This document shows positions 1 through 10,509 of a DNA stretch of 32,000 nucleotides, piece after piece. The DNA lies in assembly GCA_046497275.1 (NCBI GenBank), contig JAWOFX010000113.1, forward strand, positions 1 to 32,000. The letters are read 5' to 3'. The stretch is from Promethearchaeia archaeon (GTDB taxonomy: Archaea > Asgardarchaeota > Lokiarchaeia > Sigyniarchaeales > SOKP01). Within the stretch, counting starts at the first letter, position 1; every line of letters starts with the position of its first letter. The notes beneath the pieces are model-generated. The model was given only the letters and a program-made list of their open reading frames with translations. It did no database searches and had not been told where the DNA came from. The position numbers and the translations under genes were made by a program.

Positions 1-2
1 TA

Positions 3-3000
3 TATGATTTGAGGGTAAAATATCATAAAAAAACAAATAAAGATCCAAATATTTCAATAAATTCATTTTCACGATTTTTTCCAGAATTTTATATTCCAGA
101 GTATAAATATTTTTCAGGTATAGCTAATGCCTCAAAACTTCTTAATTATAAAGTTTTAAATGAAACAGGGCAAGGAAGAGTTTCTAATATAATTTCTGCT
201 TTAGGTAGTGTAATTCAAAATAGAAGTGCGAATAAAATCATAAGTGTGTGTCTTTCTTTGGGAAATTATGAAATTGACGCTTCCGCTATAAATTTAGTGA
301 TTGATGAAGTGGTAGATAATGGAATTTTCGTGGTTATCGCAGCAGGAAATTATGGTATAGATGACTTTGAGACGATAAATTCATTGGGTAAGAACAAAAA
401 TGCTATAGTGGTAGGAGCCATCAATGATAAAGATCAAATAACTTCTTATAGTTCTATGGGAAAAAGAATTGACTCCAAGATAATTAAACCGGATATTGTT
501 GCTCCAGGGGGAAGTAAGTTGAATCAATATCGAACTATAGTAAGTGCTGATGCTAATTCTAATCTTTTAACTAGCGGATATGGAACCTCTATTTCTGCTG
601 CCTTAGTTTCAGCAGCAATAAATATTCTTATGGATGCAAAATGGGAAACATGGAGTAATTGGGAAAGCATAAATAAATCTAAATGGACCAAAATAATAAA
701 AAGTGTTCTTCTAATGACTGCTACAGAAACAAATCAAAATAGAGAAGATGATCCAGATACAGAGATTATTGAAAGTCAAAATCGATTTTCCCCTCCTCTC
801 TATCTGGAAGCAATAAATGCAAGTTCTAGATCTGGATTGAAAGATCAACAAGAAGGATATGGTAGGCTTAATATTGATGCTGCAGTAGACGCCCTTATCA
901 AATCAATTTCATCAGAAATGGAATATAATGGTTACTTATCCAGTTCCACCTCTGATCCTTTAGGAACCCACGCATTTGCTAGGAATATTATTTTAGAGGA
1001 AAATAAGCAATATCTTTTTAATTTAACTGAAATTGAAAATGATGCTATTTTTGACATTTATTTATTTTCTAATGAATCAACAAATTACGGAGAACCGATT
1101 TTATTGGAATCATCTCGGAGAACATTTGGAGTGAATAATTTCATTTATTTTACTCCGCGTAAAAATGAAACAAGTCCAATTTTAGTACTTAAAGCTATAA
1201 ACGGTGAGGGAAATTTTTCTCTAAATATCTCAGAAGTGGAAAATAATTATGATCCTCTATTAAAAATTCCCGAGATTTCATATAATGGAAACATTAAAAA
1301 TACAACAGTTTTGAGTCTTAGTGAGAGGGAAGGAGATCACCCAAAAAATAATAACACGCTTGATAGATATAAATTTTATATCGAATATTTTGATAATGAT
1401 AGCGCAAATGTTCCTCCACAACAAGTTATTGTCTCTATCCAAGAACTTTCTAAAAATTATACAATGAATCAAATTAATATTGCCGATCGAAATTATACTG
1501 ACGGAGCTATTTTTGCCAGTGAAGAGATTGAATTACCAAACAATCTCACTTATCATTATTATTTCTATATAAGAGATGGTGAAAAAGAGTCATATTTCCC
1601 TATCAAAGGGACACATTTATCTATAAGAATCGAAAATCCCTTAATAATTAAAAATTTTCCTTACGATCACTGTTTTAATTTCGGACTTGATAATTGGAGT
1701 TTGTTCGGTACGGGATGGAACTTACTACATCAAAATGAACAACATGATAATAGATCAAACATTTATGGGAACAATTGGGAAGCTGTTTATTTCGGAAGCA
1801 ATTATAACTATCCTATAAATTATACATATCAGTCAATAGAAATGGATGAAATTCTTAATGGATCTTTTTTGAGCCCGTATTTTGATTTAAGAGACTTAGA
1901 AGATAATATGAATCCGATATTAAAAATTGGATTTAGATGTAGTATAAATGAAGATGATGTTATCAATCTCTTGATTAATATTAATGGCTCTGGATGGAAA
2001 TCTCCTCCATTAAAAAGCTATACAGATCTGGAAAATGATTGGGATTTAGAAGAGATTAATTTAACAGAATATAAAGGTAATTATGTCAGATTTAAATTTG
2101 AAGCAATTTTGGATGAAAACACCGATTTAATCAATTATAAGGGTTTTATGATTGATTTTATTTCTATAGTAAATAAAACTAATTACGAATCACCTCATAT
2201 TTATTTTAATTCGACTAAAAACATTCAAGTTAAGCCAGATTTAGAATTTCAAAAAGTAATATTCTCAATTAATTATTTTGACAATGATAATAATTATCCT
2301 GAATATGTTTATATTGAAATAGAAAATACCAATTATTCGATGGTGAATTATTTTGGTAATTGGAATGCTAGTTCAAATATATCAGAGGATAAAGGAATTA
2401 TCTTCATAAGATCAATATCTTTAGGAATATTTTCAAATTATTCTTTTAAATTTCATATATCCGATGGGAAATATACTATTTCGAGTAAATTATATAATCA
2501 AGATAACTCATTGATAAATTTTGCTCAACCTAGTAGTTTACAATACAATATTTATCAAAACCTAAATCCAATTGGTTATTTGTTCAATGAAACCTTACAA
2601 GATTTTTATATTAGCGGAATACCGGTTCAAAAAGAAAATACTGCTTGGTTGAGAGGAGATAATTCATGGCATATAATTAAAAAATTGTATAATAATTATA
2701 TCTATGGTGGAACAGCAAATCTTTTTAACTCGCAAGAGCGTGGGTATGGGAGGAATTGGGAGGCAGAGTTAATAACTAAACCTATTGAAATTAAAACGGA
2801 TAAAAAAGTATATCTAGAATTTTTATATGAAATTGATTTGGAGTTTCAAGGAGAGAATGGAGGAGATAAAGGTGTAGTATCAATTTCAAGAGATTATGGA
2901 GATACGTGGACAATTTTGAAGAATTATGATTCTAATGGTGAAGGAACTGAAAAATTAGATATTTCAAATGAAATTGGCGATATAATAATGATTAAATTCA

Positions 3001-3890
3001 CACTTATAACAGATAATAATCTTGGAGCATCAGCTGGTTATGGATGGTTATTATCTGATATTTATATAGGATATAATCGGGAAGGAGATCATATAAAACC
3101 ATCAGTAGTTTCAATTAGTCCTTTAAATGGAGAAAGAGTAAATTCCATTACTCAAATAAAACTAAATTTAACTGATAATACAGCTATAGATCTTTCTAAA
3201 TTTGAAATTAAAGTTGATGGTGTACTTTACCAACCAAAAAATCTGCAATTTAACGAAACAACTGGATTACTAATATTTGATTGGAATACTTTTGATTATT
3301 CTGATGGATGGCATTCATTAGAAATAGTTGTGTTTGATAATAATAATAATAATCAAGAAATTATACTCAATCTAAAAGTCGATAATCTATTAATAAAATT
3401 ATCCAACTGGTTACCCTGGATTATTCTGGGAATTATTGTTGTGCTCTTAATGTCTATTATTTATCTTTATTCGAGAATTAATAATACCTCAATCCTCAAT
3501 AAAATTAAAGAAAAAATTATCTCGAAACCAACATCTAAAATTGACAGAGGGAAAAATAAAATTTTAAAGGAGATAAAAGATCTCGACACATCTTATTTAA
3601 AAAATCCATTAACACTGTATTGTAAATATTGTGATTCGTGGTTTTATTCGGATAATTTTGATATTATATGCCCATCATGTGGGAGAGATCAGATATATGT
3701 GGCTTATAAATGTTATAATTGTGGTAAATGGTACTTTAAGGAAGAACCAGGTGAGTATTATTGCGAAAAATGTGATGAGACACAATTAATTAGAAGGGAT
3801 AGGAAAGAGATGGAAGAGATAATTGCGAGAGAACACAAGAAAGTCTTAAAAAAATTCGAAGTAAAAAAAAGTAAACAACAAATCATTTAA
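3..3890 (+). CDS. S8 family (subtilisin-like) serine peptidase, membrane-anchored multidomain surface protein; 5' partial
   Basis: Frame is open to the window edge (TAT GAT precede the TTG at 9), so the true start is upstream. Subtilase motifs: GIANASKLLNYKVL, CLSLG, oxyanion AAGN, IKPDIVAPG, catalytic-Ser motif GYGTSISAALV, EGYGRLN. Then repeated beta-sandwich modules, an Ig-like domain, one TM helix (WLPWIILGIIVVLLMSIIYLY) and four CxxC motifs. Catalytic Asp/His not visible in the window. Confidence 0.85.
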   Translation, partial: YDLRVKYHKKTNKDPNISINSFSRFFPEFYIPEYKYFSGIANASKLLNYKVLNETGQGRVSNIISALGSVIQNRSANKIISVCLSLGNYEIDASAINLVIDEVVDNGIFVVIAAGNYGIDDFETINSLGKNKNAIVVGAINDKDQITSYSSMGKRIDSKIIKPDIVAPGGSKLNQYRTIVSADANSNLLTSGYGTSISAALVSAAINILMDAKWETWSNWESINKSKWTKIIKSVLLMTATETNQNREDDPDTEIIESQNRFSPPLYLEAINASSRSGLKDQQEGYGRLNIDAAVDALIKSISSEMEYNGYLSSSTSDPLGTHAFARNIILEENKQYLFNLTEIENDAIFDIYLFSNESTNYGEPILLESSRRTFGVNNFIYFTPRKNETSPILVLKAINGEGNFSLNISEVENNYDPLLKIPEISYNGNIKNTTVLSLSEREGDHPKNNNTLDRYKFYIEYFDNDSANVPPQQVIVSIQELSKNYTMNQINIADRNYTDGAIFASEEIELPNNLTYHYYFYIRDGEKESYFPIKGTHLSIRIENPLIIKNFPYDHCFNFGLDNWSLFGTGWNLLHQNEQHDNRSNIYGNNWEAVYFGSNYNYPINYTYQSIEMDEILNGSFLSPYFDLRDLEDNMNPILKIGFRCSINEDDVINLLININGSGWKSPPLKSYTDLENDWDLEEINLTEYKGNYVRFKFEAILDENTDLINYKGFMIDFISIVNKTNYESPHIYFNSTKNIQVKPDLEFQKVIFSINYFDNDNNYPEYVYIEIENTNYSMVNYFGNWNASSNISEDKGIIFIRSISLGIFSNYSFKFHISDGKYTISSKLYNQDNSLINFAQPSSLQYNIYQNLNPIGYLFNETLQDFYISGIPVQKENTAWLRGDNSWHIIKKLYNNYIYGGTANLFNSQERGYGRNWEAELITKPIEIKTDKKVYLEFLYEIDLEFQGENGGDKGVVSISRDYGDTWTILKNYDSNGEGTEKLDISNEIGDIIMIKFTLITDNNLGASAGYGWLLSDIYIGYNREGDHIKPSVVSISPLNGERVNSITQIKLNLTDNTAIDLSKFEIKVDGVLYQPKNLQFNETTGLLIFDWNTFDYSDGWHSLEIVVFDNNNNNQEIILNLKVDNLLIKLSNWLPWIILGIIVVLLMSIIYLYSRINNTSILNKIKEKIISKPTSKIDRGKNKILKEIKDLDTSYLKNPLTLYCKYCDSWFYSDNFDIICPSCGRDQIYVAYKCYNCGKWYFKEEPGEYYCEKCDETQLIRRDRKEMEEIIAREHKKVLKKFEVKKSKQQII

Positions 3891-3906
3891 AAATTAACTT
3901 AAAAAT

Positions 3907-6873
3907 ATGAATATTAAGCATTTAATCTACAAATTGAAATTGCATTTCAAATTCCAAGTTCTAAAACATTCTTGGATTGATATGAAAAGGGATAAAGCAA
4001 AAGTTATCTTTGGAATTGCAGGTATTTCCATATCTCTATTTTTACTAACCGCTGTAGGTATGATTAATAATACAGTTTCTTACAATTATATCCAAATTGC
4101 AACAAACACTACGGGAGAAGCAGATATAATGATTTCACGCACTATTTCTGTTGATTTAACATATGACCCTTTTTTTGATAGGGATATTATTGAAAATAAT
4201 TTGCAAAATATAGATGGCATCAATGCTTTTTTTCCTAGAATTACAATGCTGACTAAAGCGACTTCAGAAAATATTAATCAAACTGCTAATCTTCAGATGT
4301 ATGGATTAGATTTTGAAACTGAATACGAAAACGGTAATATGGGAGATCTCATAGTTGTTGATGAGTTTGGTCAAAAATCAAACGAAATTTATTCTGGAAT
4401 CCCTGGTTCTGGAGAATGTGTGCTACTTCAAAATGTAGCTGAATTTTTAAATATTTCTAGAGGAGAATCCATCCATTTAACCTTTCAATATTATGAAGAT
4501 AATTTTAAAGTGGTTGAGATCTGTGAGCAAGAAAGAAAATTCTTGGAATTTGAAAACGCTTTAATTTTATTAAATCTTGAGGAAGCTCAATCGTTTTTAA
4601 ATAGAACGGGTCAGATTAATTATATATATGGAACAATAGAAAATCCTGAATTAGTATATGATTCAAGTAATATTGATTTAACAACAAGAAGGTTAAGACA
4701 AATTGGATCAAATATCCAAGATCGATTAGATATAAACGAATATAGTGTATCTATGCCTAAATTGGAAGAATTAGAGCAAGGAGAGTTTCTTTTATTGAGT
4801 GCTACTATAATTTTTTGGTTTATTATCATTTTATCGATGCTTATTACAGGAATTTTAATAAATTCAATACTATCAACTTCTGCGGAAGAAAGAATAAGAG
4901 AATTCGGTATTTTGAGAGTCGTGGGAGGTAAAAGTAGATTTCCAATTAAAATAATGTTGTTTGAAGGTTTCTTATTAGGAGTTATAGGATCGATAATTGG
5001 CATTATTTTAGGATATTTTTTTACTGAACCAATCGCACAAATTTTTCTTAGTTATTATGACTTTGGTATATCTAATATAGTATTTGTAATACAACCACAA
5101 ACAATCCTTACAGGATTTTTGATAGGGATATTTATCAGTTTAGGAGTTTCCTTGATTCCTGCTATAAAAACTTCAAGAAAAGATATTATTAAATCCATCA
5201 CACCTTTTCAGACTAAAGAAGAGGGATGGGAAGTAAAGAAAGAAAGTAGCGTAAAAGTTAAAAGTATCCTTGTAGGTCTTTCAATTTCTACTATTGGAAT
5301 GATTATTTTTATATTAATGCCAAGAGTTTTTACAACTGGAGACTTTATGTTGATTGCATGGTTATTAATTGGTTTACTCGCTGCAATATTGATTGGTTTA
5401 GTCCTTGCATCGATAGGTGTTATACCATTAATACAAAGAATTTTCTTGGCGATAATTTCTCCATTTATTAAAAAGTACAACCAGATCATTAAGATATCGC
5501 TAAAAAGATATCGAAGGAGAAATACAAGTACGATTGTAATGTTTGCGATTTCATTTTCGTTTATATTTTTCATTACAAGTCTTGCAGAGATGGAAAAAGA
5601 GAATACCTCTTTAACTCTTAGATTTCAATATGGTTCCGATTTAGTTATGATAAATGAAGGAGGAGAACAAATTGAAAATTCTATTACCATGGATACAGTG
5701 AATGAACTTGAATCAATGGAGCGCGTTAAGAATTTAGCGATTGCTTTGCATAATACTATAGATATTCAGAGAGCAATTGCAGCTGCTTATGATTTTAGTG
5801 AGGGATCTTCGATTATGGATGAGAGTTCTACTGAGCAACTATTTAGCACTATATTCCAGTTCTATATTGCTGAGGAAAGAACAAAATATATAGTCCACGC
5901 TGCAGATATTCCAAACAAAGATGAGGTAGAAGCCGGATTTATTGGAATCAATAGAGAATTTACTAATGTTATTGATAGGAATTTAATTATTTGGAACAGT
6001 CCAGGAAGTGGATTCGAATATTCCTTCAATGAGATGCTGGAACATAATGATACGTGCATTATTTCCAAAGCTATAGCAGATCGTTTAGGTGTACAAGGTG
6101 TTGGCGAAAGAATAAGACTTACATTTTTCGATCCTAAAATTGAAAATGATCCAGGAAATATTACTCTTTTTAGAGTCGTAGGGATTTCGGGTGGGATACC
6201 TGGATTTTGGAATTTTCGATCCTCCTCAATGGCAGCGAACGGTGGTGGAGTAATGGTGTCCTTAGAAAACTATTTGAGACTGATGAATGTAAAAAATGCT
6301 GGGGAGTCTGAAATGATTATTGATAAAATATATATGAATCTTTACGATAATTCAGAGATAAATATTTTAGAGTTCAAAGATGATATAAGAACTCAATATG
6401 ATCATTTAGAATTCACAATAGATGATGCTGCTACAAAAATTAAGCTTGTAGAAGAGATGACGGAGCGTCAAAGCGCATTATTAGAAATAATATTAATGTT
6501 TACTGTAATTATTTCAATATTCGGTCTAATTAGTTCTATGTATTCAATTATGATGGAGCGTAAGTTTGAAATTGGGATTCTTCGAAGTATGGGATTAAAA
6601 ACAAGGAATGTTAGAAATATGTTCTTGATTGAAAGCATGATTTTAATGCTTTCCTCGGGTTTGATGGGAACAATAATAGGAACATTTTCAGCGTATATTT
6701 TAGAGACTAATATGGCGATAATTTCCGAGATGCCGGTAATTTTCAGTATTCCTTATGATACTTTACTAAGAGTTTTTTCATTATCTATTGGTATAGGAAT
6801 TGTTGGTATGTATATAATTCTTATAAAACTTAGCAGACAAAATATAATGGATATTTTCAGACAAACCTTTTAA
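3907..6873 (+). CDS. ABC transporter permease, FtsX/MacB-like (two FtsX domains)
   Basis: 988 aa with two 4-TM halves and large extracytoplasmic loops; FtsX-type motifs EERIREFGILRVVG and ERKFEIGILRSMG. No ATPase subunit in the window. Confidence 0.9.
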   Translation: MNIKHLIYKLKLHFKFQVLKHSWIDMKRDKAKVIFGIAGISISLFLLTAVGMINNTVSYNYIQIATNTTGEADIMISRTISVDLTYDPFFDRDIIENNLQNIDGINAFFPRITMLTKATSENINQTANLQMYGLDFETEYENGNMGDLIVVDEFGQKSNEIYSGIPGSGECVLLQNVAEFLNISRGESIHLTFQYYEDNFKVVEICEQERKFLEFENALILLNLEEAQSFLNRTGQINYIYGTIENPELVYDSSNIDLTTRRLRQIGSNIQDRLDINEYSVSMPKLEELEQGEFLLLSATIIFWFIIILSMLITGILINSILSTSAEERIREFGILRVVGGKSRFPIKIMLFEGFLLGVIGSIIGIILGYFFTEPIAQIFLSYYDFGISNIVFVIQPQTILTGFLIGIFISLGVSLIPAIKTSRKDIIKSITPFQTKEEGWEVKKESSVKVKSILVGLSISTIGMIIFILMPRVFTTGDFMLIAWLLIGLLAAILIGLVLASIGVIPLIQRIFLAIISPFIKKYNQIIKISLKRYRRRNTSTIVMFAISFSFIFFITSLAEMEKENTSLTLRFQYGSDLVMINEGGEQIENSITMDTVNELESMERVKNLAIALHNTIDIQRAIAAAYDFSEGSSIMDESSTEQLFSTIFQFYIAEERTKYIVHAADIPNKDEVEAGFIGINREFTNVIDRNLIIWNSPGSGFEYSFNEMLEHNDTCIISKAIADRLGVQGVGERIRLTFFDPKIENDPGNITLFRVVGISGGIPGFWNFRSSSMAANGGGVMVSLENYLRLMNVKNAGESEMIIDKIYMNLYDNSEINILEFKDDIRTQYDHLEFTIDDAATKIKLVEEMTERQSALLEIILMFTVIISIFGLISSMYSIMMERKFEIGILRSMGLKTRNVRNMFLIESMILMLSSGLMGTIIGTFSAYILETNMAIISEMPVIFSIPYDTLLRVFSLSIGIGIVGMYIILIKLSRQNIMDIFRQTF

Positions 6874-6911
6874 TAGTTTAATCTATTTAGAGGCTTAATC
6901 TCCCTCTTTTT

Positions 6912-7508
6912 TTAAAAGGAAAAAGAGTGCTTTTTTAGAAAATTTATCAATTTCTCTAATGCTCTACCCCGATGAGAGACCGTATTCTTTTGATCAACGG
7001 AAAGTTCTCCAAAGGTTTTATCTGGTATTTCATTTGGTATAAAAATAGGATCATAACCAAACCCTTGTGTACCCCGTATTTCACTACTGATTCTCCCTTC
7101 GATCTTGCCTTTGAAAAATAATTCTTGATCTTCTGGTTCAAAATATAGGGCGATAATTGCAGAGAAATGAGCCTTCGAGTTTTCAAAATCGTCAATGAGT
7201 CTAATTATACTTTTATTTCCTAAGGTTTTAAAGACATATGAGGAGTATATACCGGGAAAACCATTTAAAGGATAATCAATAAATAATCCAGCATCTTCAA
7301 TAAAAAAAGAACCGTCTATTTTACTCTTTACGCTATTTAACTTATACTCCGCAACTTTTTGAATTGAATCAGCTTGGATTTCTATTGGATTAAGATCGAT
7401 TTGCTTTAATTTGTAAGTGAGATGATAATTTTTAAAAATTGTTTGGACTTCATCGAATTTATGGGTATTACCAGTTACAAAAGAAAGCAAGTCATTTTTC
7501 TTTTTCAT
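6912..7508 (-). CDS. rdgB: RdgB/HAM1 family non-canonical purine NTP (XTP/dITP) pyrophosphatase
   Basis: Motifs FVTGNTHKFDE, EDAGLFI, GFPGIYS, GFGYDPIF, SHRGRAL. Confidence 0.95.
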   Translation of the reverse strand: MKKKNDLLSFVTGNTHKFDEVQTIFKNYHLTYKLKQIDLNPIEIQADSIQKVAEYKLNSVKSKIDGSFFIEDAGLFIDYPLNGFPGIYSSYVFKTLGNKSIIRLIDDFENSKAHFSAIIALYFEPEDQELFFKGKIEGRISSEIRGTQGFGYDPIFIPNEIPDKTFGELSVDQKNTVSHRGRALEKLINFLKKHSFSF

Positions 7509-7585
7509 AGTTATAATAATTAATTAATGATTTTAAACTATCAAAATAATATAATAATTATACTATAAATAAGAGGGCATATAAA

Positions 7586-8899
7586 ATGTCATCCCAATAT
7601 GATTTTTTAATAATTGGGGGAGGAATCGCCGGACTTCATATAGGGGCACTTTTATCCCAACATGGTAAAGTAATAGTTTTTGAGAAGAGCCATGAGATTG
7701 GTGGAAGGGCGCGAGTCGAAAGTATCAATGGGTTTAAACTTGATTATGGAATCCATCCTATTAGATTTGGTCCCAATAGTGCTATAGGTACTTCTTTATT
7801 AGAAATCAATAAATCTATTAGTTTTATTAAGCCTGGAAAATCATGGGCTTTTTTAAAATTCGGAGAAAAAACTATTTTTCCTACCGGCGGAATAATGGCT
7901 ATAGTTAGAAGTTCGATGGTTCCCTTCACAAGCACATTAAAATTATTATTAAAAATCAAGAAAATGGACACTAAGGATTTCCAAGAATTGTATGATCTTT
8001 CTTTAAAAGAATGGTTTGAAGAAGAAAATATAAGATTTGAACTGAGAAAATTTCTTATAATGACAAGTTCTGCGATACAAGTGAACCCCTTCCCAGGAAG
8101 ATCATCTGCTGGGGAGCTACTTCATAATATTAAAAGAGTTTTAGAGATTGGCAGTGTGTATTATCCAAAAGGCGGTTGGAGCCCCTTATTTTCTAAATTC
8201 TCGGAGAGAATCGAGGAAAATGGAGGGATGATCAAAACAAATTCAAAAGTTCAGGAAATAATTATTGAAAATGGGAAAGCGGCAGCTGCCAGGGTGAATG
8301 ATGAAAGAATCTCGGCAACTAATATTATATCAACTATTCCGGTACAAAAAATATTCACAATCTTAGATGAGCATCATTGCAAGGAGGAATTTGTAAAAAA
8401 ATGCAAAAATCTTCGTCCCACTGCGGGAATTTCAATAGATTTTTGTTTAGAAAAGAAAATATCAGAGATAGATGGTATGATTTTCTTTGAAAAACCCTTA
8501 TCTTTCGGATTTATTCCTTCCAATTTGTCTCCTGAACTTGTTCCCGAAGGAAAATCTTTAATGTCTTTCTTACGAGTGGCAAATCAAGAAGATATAAAAA
8601 ATAAAAGTAAAGCAGAGAGTTTATACCAAGAATTTCGTCAAAATATCATTAGATTTTTTCCTGATATAGATAAATATCTTATTAAAGAGAGACCACTCTT
8701 TCTCGAAATGGTTGATGGAGTTGAAGTCAATATAGATCAACATCAATTTAAAAGACCCGGAAATCAAATTGACAGTATTTCTAATTTATGGATAACGGGA
8801 GACAGTGTAGGCGGCGAAGGGGCTGGGGGAGACGTAGGACATACTTCTGTTAGAGATTGCTATCAAAAAATAATAAGATCCAATAATAAAAATTTCTAA
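7586..8899 (+). CDS. FAD-dependent oxidoreductase, phytoene desaturase/amine oxidase-like
   Basis: N-terminal Rossmann motif IIGGGIAGL, EKSHEIGGRA, DYGIHP, YYPKGGW, C-terminal LWITGDSVG. Substrate unknown. Confidence 0.8.
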   Translation: MSSQYDFLIIGGGIAGLHIGALLSQHGKVIVFEKSHEIGGRARVESINGFKLDYGIHPIRFGPNSAIGTSLLEINKSISFIKPGKSWAFLKFGEKTIFPTGGIMAIVRSSMVPFTSTLKLLLKIKKMDTKDFQELYDLSLKEWFEEENIRFELRKFLIMTSSAIQVNPFPGRSSAGELLHNIKRVLEIGSVYYPKGGWSPLFSKFSERIEENGGMIKTNSKVQEIIIENGKAAAARVNDERISATNIISTIPVQKIFTILDEHHCKEEFVKKCKNLRPTAGISIDFCLEKKISEIDGMIFFEKPLSFGFIPSNLSPELVPEGKSLMSFLRVANQEDIKNKSKAESLYQEFRQNIIRFFPDIDKYLIKERPLFLEMVDGVEVNIDQHQFKRPGNQIDSISNLWITGDSVGGEGAGGDVGHTSVRDCYQKIIRSNNKNF

Positions 8900-9031
8900 T
8901 CTCATTTTTTTAATAAGAAATACAAAAACATAATCATTAATAGGAAAAATATTTGTTAATAATCAAAGAAATAATATAGTAAATATCGATAATTATTAAT
9001 TAATCTGTTCAAGAAAGACCATTTTTGGAAA

Positions 9032-10333
9032 ATGACTTTTATCTTTTTAGAGTTTCAACAACTATTCTTAATGGTTAGTGCGACTTTGATTTTAAGTATA
9101 GCATGTGTAAAAAGAAAGTCTCTCTATAATTATCTCATAGCGTATTGTTTTCTTACTTTAGGTGTCTTTTTCCGTTCTTTTGTCTTTTTAAATGAATCTT
9201 TTAATATTATGGCATATATAGGTTATGCTATCGCTATGATTATTACATTTTTAGCTGTTTTAAATGACTATTACAGGATATTTATTAAAACAAAAACTAG
9301 AACTTCCGGAAGCCTAATGAAAACCATGCTTTTATTTCAATCATTATTATTAAGCATAGAAATAATGATATTAGTCTTAGCTCTCATTAGCGTCATATTA
9401 TTGACAAGGATCTATTTTAAACAAAGGAGTCCTACATATGCTTTTATTGGATTATCTATTTTTGCTGCGTTTATAAGTCTTTTCTTTAGTACACTTTATA
9501 CTATTGGATTGGATTGGACTTACGAATTTAGTGAAGGAATTGATAATATCATGTATAGTTTTATGTTGGTGACTGGTATTGTCGCATTATTAGAAAACAA
9601 GATACGAGAATCTGAAATTAAATATAAAGAAGCTTATGAGACATCAGAATTCTATAAAGACTTGATTGCTCACGATACTGCTAATATTCTACAGAACATG
9701 AGTACTTCTTTAGATATTGCTTCAATATACTGCCAAAAAACTGAAACTCAAAAAGAAATGAATAATTTAATAAAAACGATGGAAGAACAAATTCAAAGAG
9801 GAAAAACTCTAATTTATAATGTTCGTACGATTACTGATTTTAAAACAGGAACTTTTTCAAAAAGGAAAGTTGATATCCAAAATATTATCGGAAAATTAAT
9901 CGAATATATCCCAGAGAATTATAGTGAGAAAAATATTAATTTTGAATTAAGAGTAGATGAAGGACCACATCTTATTAAAGCTAATGACTTTTTATTAAAT
10001 ATTTTTGAAAATATTCTTACGAACGCCATAAAACATAATGATAATGAAAAAATAGAAATAAATATAAAAATTCAGAGAATAAAAAAAAATCAAAATAATT
10101 TAATTAGGACAGAATTTATTGACAATGGAAGAGGAATTAGAGATCAGATTAAGGAAGAAATCTTTAGTAAAGAATATACTAGTACTAATCTTCTTAGACG
10201 TACTAGCTTAGGTTTATATTTAGTGAAAAGGATAGTGGAAAGTTTTAATGGGGAAATAACGGTTAGAAATAGAATAGAGGATGATCATTCGAAAGGTAGT
10301 AATTTTATCATATTATTTCCTGCTATTGAATAA
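9032..10333 (+). CDS. Membrane-bound sensor histidine kinase
   Basis: About six N-terminal hydrophobic segments; H-box AHDTANILQ; N-box IFENILTNAIKH; G1 DNGRGI; G2-like TSLGLYLVKRIVE. Confidence 0.9.
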   Translation: MTFIFLEFQQLFLMVSATLILSIACVKRKSLYNYLIAYCFLTLGVFFRSFVFLNESFNIMAYIGYAIAMIITFLAVLNDYYRIFIKTKTRTSGSLMKTMLLFQSLLLSIEIMILVLALISVILLTRIYFKQRSPTYAFIGLSIFAAFISLFFSTLYTIGLDWTYEFSEGIDNIMYSFMLVTGIVALLENKIRESEIKYKEAYETSEFYKDLIAHDTANILQNMSTSLDIASIYCQKTETQKEMNNLIKTMEEQIQRGKTLIYNVRTITDFKTGTFSKRKVDIQNIIGKLIEYIPENYSEKNINFELRVDEGPHLIKANDFLLNIFENILTNAIKHNDNEKIEINIKIQRIKKNQNNLIRTEFIDNGRGIRDQIKEEIFSKEYTSTNLLRRTSLGLYLVKRIVESFNGEITVRNRIEDDHSKGSNFIILFPAIE

Positions 10334-10509
10334 CTTCTATTGATTATTAGTATGATCTCATAAGATTTTGAATTCTTAAATGAAATAAATAATCTTCATG
10401 GTTTAAGTAATAATTAAATCCAAAAATTTTTTTAATTTCCTTTATTTTAAACATTATCGTTCGAGATTTTTAAAAAAATTTAGAATTTTAAATAAAAAAG
10501 AAGATTATT

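Noticed and set aside
7586-8899. Calling the oxidoreductase crtI as part of a carotenoid pathway
   Set aside because: No phytoene synthase or other crt genes nearby; the family has many other substrates.
9032-10333. Histidine kinase as a SasA-like clock output
   Set aside because: It has a membrane sensor rather than the KaiB-like N-terminal domain that defines SasA, and it is not linked to kaiBC.
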